Shown here in pieces: positions 10,283-20,195 of a DNA stretch of 64,000 bases. Numbering within the stretch: position 1 is the stretch's first letter; every line of letters starts with the position of its first letter. Source of the DNA: an uncultured bacterium (GTDB lineage: Bacteria; Cyanobacteriota; Vampirovibrionia; Gastranaerophilales; JAILCC01); NCBI GenBank assembly GCA_949283935.1, contig CASDUJ010000034.1, positions 57,885-121,884 of the forward strand. The letters run 5' to 3'. The notes below the pieces were generated by a model. It saw only the letters and a program-made list of their open reading frames with translations. It searched no databases and was not told where the DNA came from. Both the position numbers and the translations under genes were made by a program.

Positions 10283-11650
<1,368 letters not shown>

Positions 11651-11675
11651 CATTTTTAAAAGACAAATTTTGGTC

Positions 11676-11715
11676 AAAAAATTCATTATTTGTTAAAACA
11701 AATAATGAATTTTTT
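11676..11715. terminator. Bidirectional rho-independent terminator between gdhA and eda
   Basis: Perfect 17-bp inverted repeat AAAAAATTCATTATTTG / CAAATAATGAATTTTTT with loop TTAAAA. The A-run and T-run form the stem ends, so it can serve both convergent genes. Confidence 0.7.
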
Positions 11716-11735
11716 AATTTTGCAATAATAAGAAT

Positions 11736-12374
11736 TTACTTAGTTGATTCCAAGTAAATTTCTAACTTTGTTTTAACAGCTTTTGCACGCATAGTTATTT
11801 CTTGAAAATTCGCAGCATCAGCATACAATTTTCTTCCTAATCCAACTGCAACTGCACCAACTTCCAAATATTCAGTAAAATCTTTGGTAGAAATCCCACT
11901 GCTAGCAATTAATCTTAAAAATGGCATAATTCTCATCATGTAAGCTATATACTTAACTCCTCCCATTGCTTTTGTGGGAAAAATTTTCGTGTATAAAGTA
12001 TTTAATTTCCAACTTTCATAAGCTTCGTTAGCAGTAGATGCACCAATAATCAAAGGGACTTTTGCATCACCTTTTGAAAATTTAATAACACTCATTTCCA
12101 TTACAGGAGTATCTATAAATTGCGCACCAGCTTGGATGGCTTGTTGTACTTGCTGAGCAGTTATCACAGAACATGCACCAAGCAAAATATTTTCAGGTTG
12201 CAACTTTTCTATTATTTCTATTGCGTTGGGAATATCCATTGAAATTTCTATTGTAGTTAAACCACCATCAATTAAAGCTCTCGCCACATCGTAGGGAGCA
12301 AAAGTTCCATCATCTCTAATTACTGAAAATACTCTGTTTTTGTTAATATGTTCCAAAACTTGCTCTTTGGTCAT
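11736..12374 (-). CDS. eda: KDPG / KHG aldolase family protein
   Basis: 212 aa. VFSVIRDD...GGLTTIEISMD...KIFPTKAMGG (Schiff-base Lys context) is typical of the Eda/DgoA class I aldolase fold. Confidence 0.8.
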   Translation of the reverse strand: MTKEQVLEHINKNRVFSVIRDDGTFAPYDVARALIDGGLTTIEISMDIPNAIEIIEKLQPENILLGACSVITAQQVQQAIQAGAQFIDTPVMEMSVIKFSKGDAKVPLIIGASTANEAYESWKLNTLYTKIFPTKAMGGVKYIAYMMRIMPFLRLIASSGISTKDFTEYLEVGAVAVGLGRKLYADAANFQEITMRAKAVKTKLEIYLESTK

Positions 12375-12428
12375 GGCAAATCCTTTCTCACAGCATAAAT
12401 TTCAATTATTATAGCAATTATTTTGACT

Positions 12429-13286
12429 TTAAACAAATACCTCTTGAGCTCTATAAGAACTACGAGCTAGTGGAGCAAAAAATGTATATTTTATTCCCTT
12501 TGATTTAGCTAATTTTTCCAACATTTTAAATTCATCAGGCTCGTAATATCTTACGACTTCTGTATTTTGTTTAGTTGGACGAATATATTGACCAATAGTA
12601 ACTATATCACAATTTATTTTATTTAGTTCTACAAAAATTTCTTCAAGTTCTTCTATTGTTTCCCCTAAACCTACCATTAAACCTGTTTTTGTTTTGATTT
12701 TGGGATTTATTTCTTTTGCCATTTTGAGAACTTCTAAAGAACGCTCAAAACTTGCCATGGGACGTATGGTTTTGTGCAAGCGTTTTGTAGTTTCAAGATT
12801 ATGATTGAAAACATCTAAAGGTGTTTGAACTACTTTTTTTATGTGCTCATAATTGCCATTAAAATCAGGAGTCAAAACTTCAATTCTTACATTAAAATTT
12901 ATATTTTTTATTGCCAAAATTGTTTCTTTAAAATGTTCTGCGCCACCATCCGGTAAATCATCTCTTGTTACTGAAGTAATTACAGCGTAATGCAAACCTA
13001 GATCTTTTATAGCTTGAGCTATTTTTTCAGGTTCTAATAAATTTACTTTGTCTGTTTTATTATGACCTACTGCACAAAATCTACAATTTCTCGTACAATT
13101 TTTACCCAAAATCATAAAAGTTGCAGTTTTTTTTGCATAACATTCTGCTTTATTAGGGCATCTTGCTTCGTTACATACAGTGTTCAGTCCATTTTTAGAC
13201 AAAATATCTCTTACAACTTTAGAACTTTCTACGTCTATAATGCCTCTTTTTAACCAAGCAGGTAATCTTTTTTCTTGCTGTTCCAT
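12429..13286 (-). CDS. lipA: Lipoyl synthase
   Basis: Start moved to MEQQEKRLPAWLKRG (ATG 13286, just after the lpd stop). N-terminal cluster CNEARCPNKAEC and radical-SAM CTRNCRFCAV. Confidence 0.93.
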   Translation of the reverse strand: MEQQEKRLPAWLKRGIIDVESSKVVRDILSKNGLNTVCNEARCPNKAECYAKKTATFMILGKNCTRNCRFCAVGHNKTDKVNLLEPEKIAQAIKDLGLHYAVITSVTRDDLPDGGAEHFKETILAIKNINFNVRIEVLTPDFNGNYEHIKKVVQTPLDVFNHNLETTKRLHKTIRPMASFERSLEVLKMAKEINPKIKTKTGLMVGLGETIEELEEIFVELNKINCDIVTIGQYIRPTKQNTEVVRYYEPDEFKMLEKLAKSKGIKYTFFAPLARSSYRAQEVFV

Positions 13287-13290
13287 AAAT

Positions 13291-14655
13291 TTACCTCTTT
13301 GGGGGAACATAAATTGCTTTGTCTTGCAAATTTAAGATTGTCTCACTTATTGCTTCAGAAGTTGTAGGATGAGCATAAACAATTTCGTTTAGTTGATTAA
13401 TTGAAGCTTTTAAATCAATTGCAATTGTAAGTTGCTGCAAGAGACTAGATGCATCATTAGCCACTACACTTGCCCCTACTATTTTGTCATCCATACTCAA
13501 TATTTTAATCATTCCATCAGTTTCTTCATCAATAAAAGCTTTCGCACTTATTGTCAAAGGCAATTTGCTAACCTTATAATTGGCGCCGGTATTTTTTAGT
13601 GTTTGCTCTGTAAGCCCCACAGTAGCTATCTCTGGCTTCCCGTAGATAATTGATGGAATATTTGCGTAGTTTATTTCAAATTTTTTCCCCATAAATATAT
13701 GCTCAACCAATTTTACCGCTTGAGTTGCAGCAGTATGAGCTAGCATTTGTATCCCTGTAATATCACCTATTGCATATATATTTTCAAAATTAGTTTTGAA
13801 ATTTTTATCTACTTTTATAAAACCCTTGTCTTGTTCCAATGCAATATCTTTCAAACCTAACATATTAGGAGTTCTACCAATTGCAACGAGAATTTTATCA
13901 ATTTCTATTTCCTTGCCATTAGACAAAAATACTCTATTTTCTTCTATTTTTTCAACACTTACTTCCGTATAAAATTCAATTTTTTGTTTTCTAAAAATTC
14001 TAGCCAAAACATCTGAAATACTTTCATCCATATTGGGAGCAAGTTTTTTAGCAAGTTCAACAACATAAACTTTTTTATCTAAAGCTCTTAATATTCTCGC
14101 CCATTCAATTCCTATAGCTCCAGAACCAATTATTAATGTCCTTTCAGGCATTTCTTTTAATGTCAAAATAGTATCTGAATTTAACACAAGTGAATTTGGT
14201 AAATTAGGTAGATTTTTTGGAATTGAACCTGTGGCTACAACAAGATGCTTGTATGCAATTTTGAATATTTCTTTCCCTGACTTAACAATTAATTCACCCT
14301 GTGGATCAAGTTGCGCCATTCCATAAATAATTTCAATACCATTTGATTTTAATGTGCGTTCTAAGTTACTTCTAACTTTTTCAACAGTTTTACTACGTAA
14401 ATCTAAAATTTTACCAAAATTATAAGAAATATTGTCAATTTCTATTCCAAATTTAAAAAAATCCTTAGCATCAGCAAAAATTTGAGTAGAATGTAACATT
14501 GATTTAGATGGAATACAACCTCGATTTAAACAAACTCCTCCTAAATAACCCATTTCTATTACAGCAACTTTAGCCCCAAGTTGTGCAGCTCTTATCGCAC
14601 CTGTAAAACCTGCAGGACCTGAACCAATAAATACGATGTCAAATTTTTCAAACAT
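13291..14655 (-). CDS. lpdA: Dihydrolipoyl dehydrogenase (E3)
   Basis: GSGPAGF FAD motif, redox disulfide GGVCLNRGCIPSK, second Rossmann IIGSGAIGIE, and C-terminal HAHPTTSE. Confidence 0.92.
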   Translation of the reverse strand: MFEKFDIVFIGSGPAGFTGAIRAAQLGAKVAVIEMGYLGGVCLNRGCIPSKSMLHSTQIFADAKDFFKFGIEIDNISYNFGKILDLRSKTVEKVRSNLERTLKSNGIEIIYGMAQLDPQGELIVKSGKEIFKIAYKHLVVATGSIPKNLPNLPNSLVLNSDTILTLKEMPERTLIIGSGAIGIEWARILRALDKKVYVVELAKKLAPNMDESISDVLARIFRKQKIEFYTEVSVEKIEENRVFLSNGKEIEIDKILVAIGRTPNMLGLKDIALEQDKGFIKVDKNFKTNFENIYAIGDITGIQMLAHTAATQAVKLVEHIFMGKKFEINYANIPSIIYGKPEIATVGLTEQTLKNTGANYKVSKLPLTISAKAFIDEETDGMIKILSMDDKIVGASVVANDASSLLQQLTIAIDLKASINQLNEIVYAHPTTSEAISETILNLQDKAIYVPPKR

Positions 14656-14676
14656 GTTTGATCCTTTTTGTTAATT

Positions 14677-16179
14677 TCAATGAAGAAAATTTCTAATACC
14701 TGTCACAATCATTGCAATATTATATTTATCACATTCTTTTATGACTTCTTGGTCTTTAATACTACCACCTGGCTGGATAATTGCAGCTATGCGAGATTGT
14801 GCAGCTGCTTGAATATTATCAATAGCAGGGAAAAAGCCATCGCTCGCAATAACAGCATCTGTAGCACCATCACAAGCTTGAGCCAAAGCAATTTCCATAG
14901 AAGCTATTCTGCTTGTTTGCCCTGCACCTATCCCAAGTGTTTTTTTATCTTTTGCAACAACAATAGCATTTGATTTAACATGCTTTGCTATTTTCCAAGC
15001 AAAAACCATATCTTCTACCATTTTTTCATCCGGTTTTGTTTTGGTTACAACTTTAAAATTATCTTTGCCAAGTTCTTTGTCTTCTTTTATTTGAATGAGA
15101 GTTCCGAATTTCGTGTTTTTTATATCTAATATAGGAGTTTGCTTGTAACAAAGTATATCGTTTTTTACTATAACTAAACGTAAATTCTTTTTTTGTGCCA
15201 AAAGTTCTATCGCTTCTTTCTCAAAATTTGGAGCAATAATTACTTCTAAAAAAAGCTCTTTCATAAGTTTCGCAGTTTTTAAATCTACTTTTTGGTTAAA
15301 AGCAACAATACCACCAAAAGCGCTTATAGGGTCACATTCAAGAGCTTTGTTATAAGCTTCTTCTACCGTTTCGCCTAAAGCAACCCCGCAAGGATTATTA
15401 TGTTTTATAATTGCGCAACAATTTACTCCAATAAATTCACTAACAATATTGTAAGCTGCTGCCATGTCAACTATATTATTAAAAGATAATTCTTTACCAT
15501 TAAGTAATTCAAAATTCATATCTTGTTCAAATTTATACAAAGAAGCAGCTTGATGAGGATTTTCACCGTATCTCAAATCTTGAATTTTTTCTAGATTTAA
15601 ACTTAAAATTTCAGGCATATTAGACTGAGAAAGCGTATTTGCGATTAATTTATCATATTTGGATGTAAGCTCAAATCCTTCTATCGCAAGATTTTTTCTA
15701 TATTCTGCTGTGGTTTCACCATTATTATTTCTCAATATGTTCATAAATTTATCATATTGGCAAGGTGCTGTGAGGACATTAACATCCGAATAATTTTTTG
15801 CTGCAGCTCTAATTAAACTTACCCCACCAATATCTATAAAGTCCACTGTTTTTTCTATTTCAAAAGGATAAAGATTAACAACTACAACATTAATAGGCAT
15901 AATATCATGTTTTTCTAAGTCTAACATATCATTTGGATTATTGCTTCTTGCTAAAATACCAGCAAAAATTTGCGGATGAAGAGTTTTTACTCTACCATCA
16001 AGAATTTCTTCAAAGCCAGTAATTTCTTCTACTTCAATTGCTGGGATGTCATTTTCTTTGAAAAAATTATATGTTCCTCCAGTAGAAATAATTTCATAAT
16101 CGTTTTTCAATAATTCTTTCGCCAATTCAATAATTCCAGATTTATCATAAACACTTATCAATGCTTTATTTTTTGACAT
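14677..16179 (-). CDS. purH: Bifunctional AICAR transformylase / IMP cyclohydrolase
   Basis: Start moved to MSKNKALISVYDKSG (ATG 16179, TAGGGGGCAAT SD). MGS-like N-domain plus AICARFT domain (GGIVAFN, GQTSRI). The 39 upstream codons in the ORF track run into a terminator and leader. Confidence 0.95.
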   Translation of the reverse strand: MSKNKALISVYDKSGIIELAKELLKNDYEIISTGGTYNFFKENDIPAIEVEEITGFEEILDGRVKTLHPQIFAGILARSNNPNDMLDLEKHDIMPINVVVVNLYPFEIEKTVDFIDIGGVSLIRAAAKNYSDVNVLTAPCQYDKFMNILRNNNGETTAEYRKNLAIEGFELTSKYDKLIANTLSQSNMPEILSLNLEKIQDLRYGENPHQAASLYKFEQDMNFELLNGKELSFNNIVDMAAAYNIVSEFIGVNCCAIIKHNNPCGVALGETVEEAYNKALECDPISAFGGIVAFNQKVDLKTAKLMKELFLEVIIAPNFEKEAIELLAQKKNLRLVIVKNDILCYKQTPILDIKNTKFGTLIQIKEDKELGKDNFKVVTKTKPDEKMVEDMVFAWKIAKHVKSNAIVVAKDKKTLGIGAGQTSRIASMEIALAQACDGATDAVIASDGFFPAIDNIQAAAQSRIAAIIQPGGSIKDQEVIKECDKYNIAMIVTGIRNFLH

Positions 16180-16272
16180 ATTGCCCCCTAAAAATGTTAT
16201 ATTCATAGAATAGTTCAAAAACATAAAAATAGATACCCCCATTTTGCTTATAGCCCCAATTTTATAAACAAT

Positions 16273-16300
16273 AAAAAAAACCGCTTGAGTGAACAAACGG
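16273..16300 (-). terminator. Rho-independent terminator-like hairpin about 95 nt upstream of purH
   Basis: Minus strand CCGTTTG-TTCACT-CAAGCGG followed by TTTTTTTT. It is the second of two tandem minus-strand terminators in this spacer. Confidence 0.55.
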
Positions 16301-16395
16301 TACTTTATAAGACATAAACGGGATTAAATATAAATTAACTAAACTTGCCAAAATCTATTTCACTTTTAATATTTTCGAAATACTCCTTTCGTACA

Positions 16396-16424
16396 TAAAA
16401 AACCTGCTTTAGCAAAAGCAGGTT
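16396..16424 (-). terminator. Rho-independent terminator downstream of the 160-aa gene
   Basis: Minus strand AACCTGCTTT-TGCT-AAAGCAGGTT followed by TTTTTT. Confidence 0.7.
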
Positions 16425-16542
16425 AAATAAAACGATACATAAGTATCCTACCTATATTTGATTACCTTACCCTTGCAAGGAGCCGATGCTCCTACCCTAA
16501 TTTTAAATTTTCAATTTTCCTTTACTTGTCTAATTACGTATT

Positions 16543-17025
16543 TTATGTTGTTAGCATAATTCCCATTATACTCATTATGTTATCTTCACCCAATGTTTCA
16601 TACCTGATATCATCAAGTGACTTGTGAGCAGAAAGAAAAGTGTTTTTTTCATCTTTTTTATCTCTTGATGAAGAACTATTTTCAGGCTCTCTCAAAGCAC
16701 CTGCAGTTGCAGTATTTGTAAAATTAAATAAATTATTTCCTCCAACATATCTTTCACTATGGGATTTATTATCCCAAATTGAAGCAGAATTATTGTATGA
16801 AATACCTGCAGCCTTTGTTTGTTCAGCAACAGAACGAGAACTCGTTGTTATTTTAGGAGATTCTTCAGCATATTTTGTTTTATTTTCCCAAAGAGTCTTC
16901 TCCTGTTGTTTTTCTGGAACTTTTTCTTCTTTAGAAAAATCACTTCCCTCTGCAGTTCTTCTTAGAACTTCTCCAAAAGTCTTTTCAAATCTAATTGCAG
17001 ATGGTTTATTTACACCAAAAGACAT
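16543..17025 (-). CDS. Hypothetical 160-aa low-complexity (Ser/Glu/Lys/Asn-rich) protein
   Basis: ATG 17025 with an AGGAG SD 5 nt upstream. Mostly predicted-disordered composition with a short hydrophobic C-terminus (IMSIMGIMLTT). The opposite-strand 142-aa ORF lacks an SD and is treated as a shadow. Confidence 0.55.
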   Translation of the reverse strand: MSFGVNKPSAIRFEKTFGEVLRRTAEGSDFSKEEKVPEKQQEKTLWENKTKYAEESPKITTSSRSVAEQTKAAGISYNNSASIWDNKSHSERYVGGNNLFNFTNTATAGALREPENSSSSRDKKDEKNTFLSAHKSLDDIRYETLGEDNIMSIMGIMLTT

Positions 17026-17216
17026 TTTTACTCCTAAAAATTTTTCCCAATTATCCTTTACATCTTAATAAAGTATTTTTATTATGAAAAATTGCTTAAA
17101 TAAAAAAAATATTAATTTTTATTTACAAAAACGAATAATTTCATAAAATCTCATTACGAGAATAAAATATTACCAACAATATCCTACAAACTATTCATTT
17201 AGAATGAAACAAAATA

Positions 17217-17225
17217 TGTTATAAT
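17217..17225 (+). promoter_or_regulatory. Extended -10 promoter element (TGTTATAAT) for the M29 aminopeptidase gene
   Basis: The exact 12-mer ATATGTTATAAT occurs 25 nt upstream of ATG 17250. The same 12-mer is found upstream of rpsA and the AI-2E gene. Confidence 0.45.
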
Positions 17226-17249
17226 TAGCAAAAATTTAGGAGAATTAAT

Positions 17250-18350
17250 ATGGAAAATATTTGGCAGAAATACGCAAAAGTTTTAGTGGAATATTCTACA
17301 AAAATAAAAAAGAACGATAAAGTAATAATAAGAGCAGATGCTCAAGCACAACCATTAGTAAAAGCTGTATACGAAGAAGTTTTAAAAAAGGGTGCATACC
17401 CAATACTTAGGATATCACTAGATGAAATTAATAATAGTTACTTTAAATATGCAACAGATGAACAGCTTGACTACATAGATGATTTCATAAAACTTGAATA
17501 TGAAAAAGCCGATGCACTCATTGCAATAAGTGCTCCATATAACACAAAAGCTCTTTCTATGGTGCCTTCATGCAAACAAGCCAGACGCTCAAAAGCAACC
17601 AAACCTCTATCAACTCTTATGCTTTCAAGAGCAGAAAAAGGAGAATTAAATTGGGTAATATGTAACTTTCCAACTAATGCCAGAGCTCAAGAAGGGAAAA
17701 TGTCATTAGAAGAATACTCAGATTTTTTACTCAATACTTGCTTTTTAAATGATCCAAATCCAGTAAAAAAATGGCAGGAAATGGAAGAAATGCAATCAAG
17801 AATTGCTAATATCTTAACTACAAAAAGCAAAATTCGTTTTGTTGGAGAAAAAACAGACATAACTTTTAGTACAAAAGGTAGAAAGTGGATAAGCTGTTCT
17901 GGCAAAAATAATTTTCCTGACGGAGAAATTTTTACTTCTCCTATAGAAGATAGTGCAAATGGAATTGTATATTTTGATTTTCCTGCAATATACAGAGGAA
18001 ATGAAGTTAACAATATAAGTATAACTTTAAAAGACGGAAAAGTTGTTGAAGCAAAAGCAGAAAAAAATGAAGAATTTCTTCAAAAAATGCTTAATCTAGA
18101 TGAAGGAGCAAGCTTTGTAGGCGAAATTGCGATAGGAACAAATCCTAATGTAACACATATAACAGGAGATATTCTGTTGGATGAAAAAATTGGAGGCTCA
18201 ATTCATATTGCATTTGGTGCTTCATATCCGGAAACAGGAGGCAAAAATGAATCAGGGCTACATTGGGATATAATTAAAAATATGAAAAATGGTGGAAAAA
18301 TATATGCAGATGAAGAATTAATTTACGAAAATGGAAATTTTTTAATTTAG
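17250..18350 (+). CDS. Aminopeptidase, M29 (AmpS/PepS) family
   Basis: 366 aa. The N-terminus KYAKVLVEYS..I.KNDKVIIRA and the C-terminal GEIAIGTN...GGSIHIAFG...HWD are as in thermophilic-metalloprotease M29 members. TAGGAGA SD. Confidence 0.85.
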   Translation: MENIWQKYAKVLVEYSTKIKKNDKVIIRADAQAQPLVKAVYEEVLKKGAYPILRISLDEINNSYFKYATDEQLDYIDDFIKLEYEKADALIAISAPYNTKALSMVPSCKQARRSKATKPLSTLMLSRAEKGELNWVICNFPTNARAQEGKMSLEEYSDFLLNTCFLNDPNPVKKWQEMEEMQSRIANILTTKSKIRFVGEKTDITFSTKGRKWISCSGKNNFPDGEIFTSPIEDSANGIVYFDFPAIYRGNEVNNISITLKDGKVVEAKAEKNEEFLQKMLNLDEGASFVGEIAIGTNPNVTHITGDILLDEKIGGSIHIAFGASYPETGGKNESGLHWDIIKNMKNGGKIYADEELIYENGNFLI

Positions 18351-18364
18351 GAAAAATAAAATAG

Positions 18365-18934
18365 ATGAAATATAAAATAACCTTATTGTTAATAATATTG
18401 TGTATATTTATTCAAGGATACGAATACAAATACGAAACACCAAAATTAGACGCAACAAACAATGCAGCAAAGCGTAACAGTCAAGGAATAATGTATATGG
18501 AAATGGGACAATATGCCGCAGCAATGACGGAATTTAAAGTTGCCATTTCATTAAATCCTAATTCACCTGCAAGCGCAGCTTACTACAACAATTTGGGTTT
18601 ATTATATATGAAACTAAATAAACTAAAACAAGCCCAAGAATGCTTCAATGCCGCAATAAAATTAAATCCTGTGTTTCTTGAATATTATACAAATTTAATT
18701 GATTTTTATGACAAAGCAGGACTTTTAGATTCTGCTTTAACAGATTATTTAAATCAAATTGCAAAAGATAACCAAAATTCAAATGCATATTTTATGGCAG
18801 GTTTAATTTGTTCTCAAATGGGCCAAAAGCAACAAGCAATAAAATACTTAAAAAGATTCATCTCTCTAGAAAAAGACCAAATTTTATCAAGAGCAGTAAA
18901 ACAAATGCTAGAAGAAATGAAAACTGAAAGATAA
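18365..18934 (+). CDS. TPR-repeat protein with N-terminal signal/anchor
   Basis: Hydrophobic N-terminus (ITLLLIILCIFIQG) followed by several 34-aa TPR-like units (A..YNNLGLLYMKLNKLKQAQECFNAAIKLNP). Confidence 0.75.
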   Translation: MKYKITLLLIILCIFIQGYEYKYETPKLDATNNAAKRNSQGIMYMEMGQYAAAMTEFKVAISLNPNSPASAAYYNNLGLLYMKLNKLKQAQECFNAAIKLNPVFLEYYTNLIDFYDKAGLLDSALTDYLNQIAKDNQNSNAYFMAGLICSQMGQKQQAIKYLKRFISLEKDQILSRAVKQMLEEMKTER

Positions 18935-19034
18935 AATAGACCAATTGGTCTATTTAAGATATACCTGAGGATTGATGATACTTTTGAGAAAACCCCTTAT
19001 TCTAAGTATATAAACAGGGAGTAGGTGGGGTAAC

Positions 19035-20102
19035 ATGAACAAATTACATCAAGAAATTAGAAAAATATCTTCAACCATGATATTTATTGCAGTAATTTTG
19101 GCTGGACCGCAAGTACTAGCAAAAACTACAACATTAAATGGAGTTGAAATTTCTTCTTCCAATTCAAGAGGCTACGACATAGTATTAAACACAGACAACC
19201 AAACAAAGATTCAAAAAAAGTCAAACGAAGCAGATACACTTGTTTTAGATTTAAAAAACACGAAAGTAAGTAAAGAAACGAACACAATATACAAAAATGC
19301 AGACGGCATTGAGCATGTAATATTAAAACCTGAGGCCAACAATTTACAAATAGAAATTAACGGGAAATCTGCAGGAAACAGTAATGTATCAATAAATAAT
19401 GAATTAGCAGCATTGCCTCAAAACTACAACGATACTGTATATATAAACAAACCGCTCAATGCCTATGCACCTATTCATGAAATAGAAGAAGAGACACAAA
19501 GCGTAAGTTTTATAGGTTTGTTAAAAAGTATAAAAAATTCTCAAACTTTGAAAAGCATAATTAATTCTTCAAATATTGGCTGGATTACTTGTTTCCTTTT
19601 AATGTTTGGATTTTTACTCAAAACACAATTCAAAAACCAAAATCGTAGCCAAATTAATGTAAAAATTGGAAATAACACTGAAGATAACAATATCTTAAAA
19701 ACAGCATTAGAAAGAAGAGAAGGATTGATAGCAGAAAGCTTAGGTAGTCAGAGAAGAACTCAATTGCGTCCAAAACCACAGTATTCTACAAACATACAAA
19801 AAACTAACTACGGGCTAAAAGCTTACAACAACCAACCAGCAAATGCTTCAACGAATTCTTTCAAAATTCAAAATTCTCCAATAAAAAAAGACATTCTAAA
19901 ATCAGCAACCAGCAACACATACAGACAATTAAGGACCACTGCTACGGCTCAAGAATTGAAAGAAGATATCAAAAAAAATGAAATACATATAGACAACGTA
20001 AAATTTTTAGAATCAATGGCCAAAATTTATGAAAGAAGCGGAAGAGTTGATTTGGCAAATGGATTGGCAAATAATATTAAAAAAGCCAAAACTATAAGAT
20101 AA
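19035..20102 (+). CDS. Hypothetical envelope protein: signal sequence, AMIN-like beta domain, one TM, and a Gln/Asn-rich linker with a FimV-like C-terminal helix pair
   Basis: N-terminal hydrophobic stretch ending LAKTT. The pattern LNGVEISSS..GYDIVLNTD......DTLVLDLKNTKV fits an AMIN domain. Central TM IGWITCFLLMFGFLL. The C-terminus LESMAKIYERSGRVDLANGLANNIKK resembles the FimV C-terminal motif. Confidence 0.5.
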   Translation: MNKLHQEIRKISSTMIFIAVILAGPQVLAKTTTLNGVEISSSNSRGYDIVLNTDNQTKIQKKSNEADTLVLDLKNTKVSKETNTIYKNADGIEHVILKPEANNLQIEINGKSAGNSNVSINNELAALPQNYNDTVYINKPLNAYAPIHEIEEETQSVSFIGLLKSIKNSQTLKSIINSSNIGWITCFLLMFGFLLKTQFKNQNRSQINVKIGNNTEDNNILKTALERREGLIAESLGSQRRTQLRPKPQYSTNIQKTNYGLKAYNNQPANASTNSFKIQNSPIKKDILKSATSNTYRQLRTTATAQELKEDIKKNEIHIDNVKFLESMAKIYERSGRVDLANGLANNIKKAKTIR

Positions 20103-20138
20103 AGTATGAATTAGAGAGAGTAATTTGTTACAGTTACA

Positions 20139-20166
20139 AACCTGAAAATAAAACTTCAGGTTTTTT
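20139..20166 (+). terminator. Rho-independent terminator after the 355-aa gene
   Basis: AACCTGAA-AATAAAAC-TTCAGGTT followed by TTTTTT. Confidence 0.7.
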
Positions 20167-20195
20167 ATTTGCATTAATACGAATTGATTTAACAT

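Noticed and set aside
16180-16296. 39-codon N-terminal extension of purH in the ORF track, and the idea of a ZTP or purine riboswitch in the purH leader
   Set aside because: The extension runs through a terminator hairpin, and the conserved PurH N-terminus begins at MSKNKALISVYDKSG with its own SD. I looked for the ZTP (GGGUCGUGAC...CCGCCUGGGC) and purine-riboswitch (UAUAAU...junction) consensus and did not see either. A different attenuator remains possible and is reported as a finding.
16640-17068. 142-aa plus-strand ORF fully antisense to the 160-aa gene
   Set aside because: It has no SD or promoter and a hydrophobic, junk-like translation. The minus-strand frame has an AGGAG SD at ideal spacing. 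I treat it as a shadow ORF caused by codon bias of the real gene.
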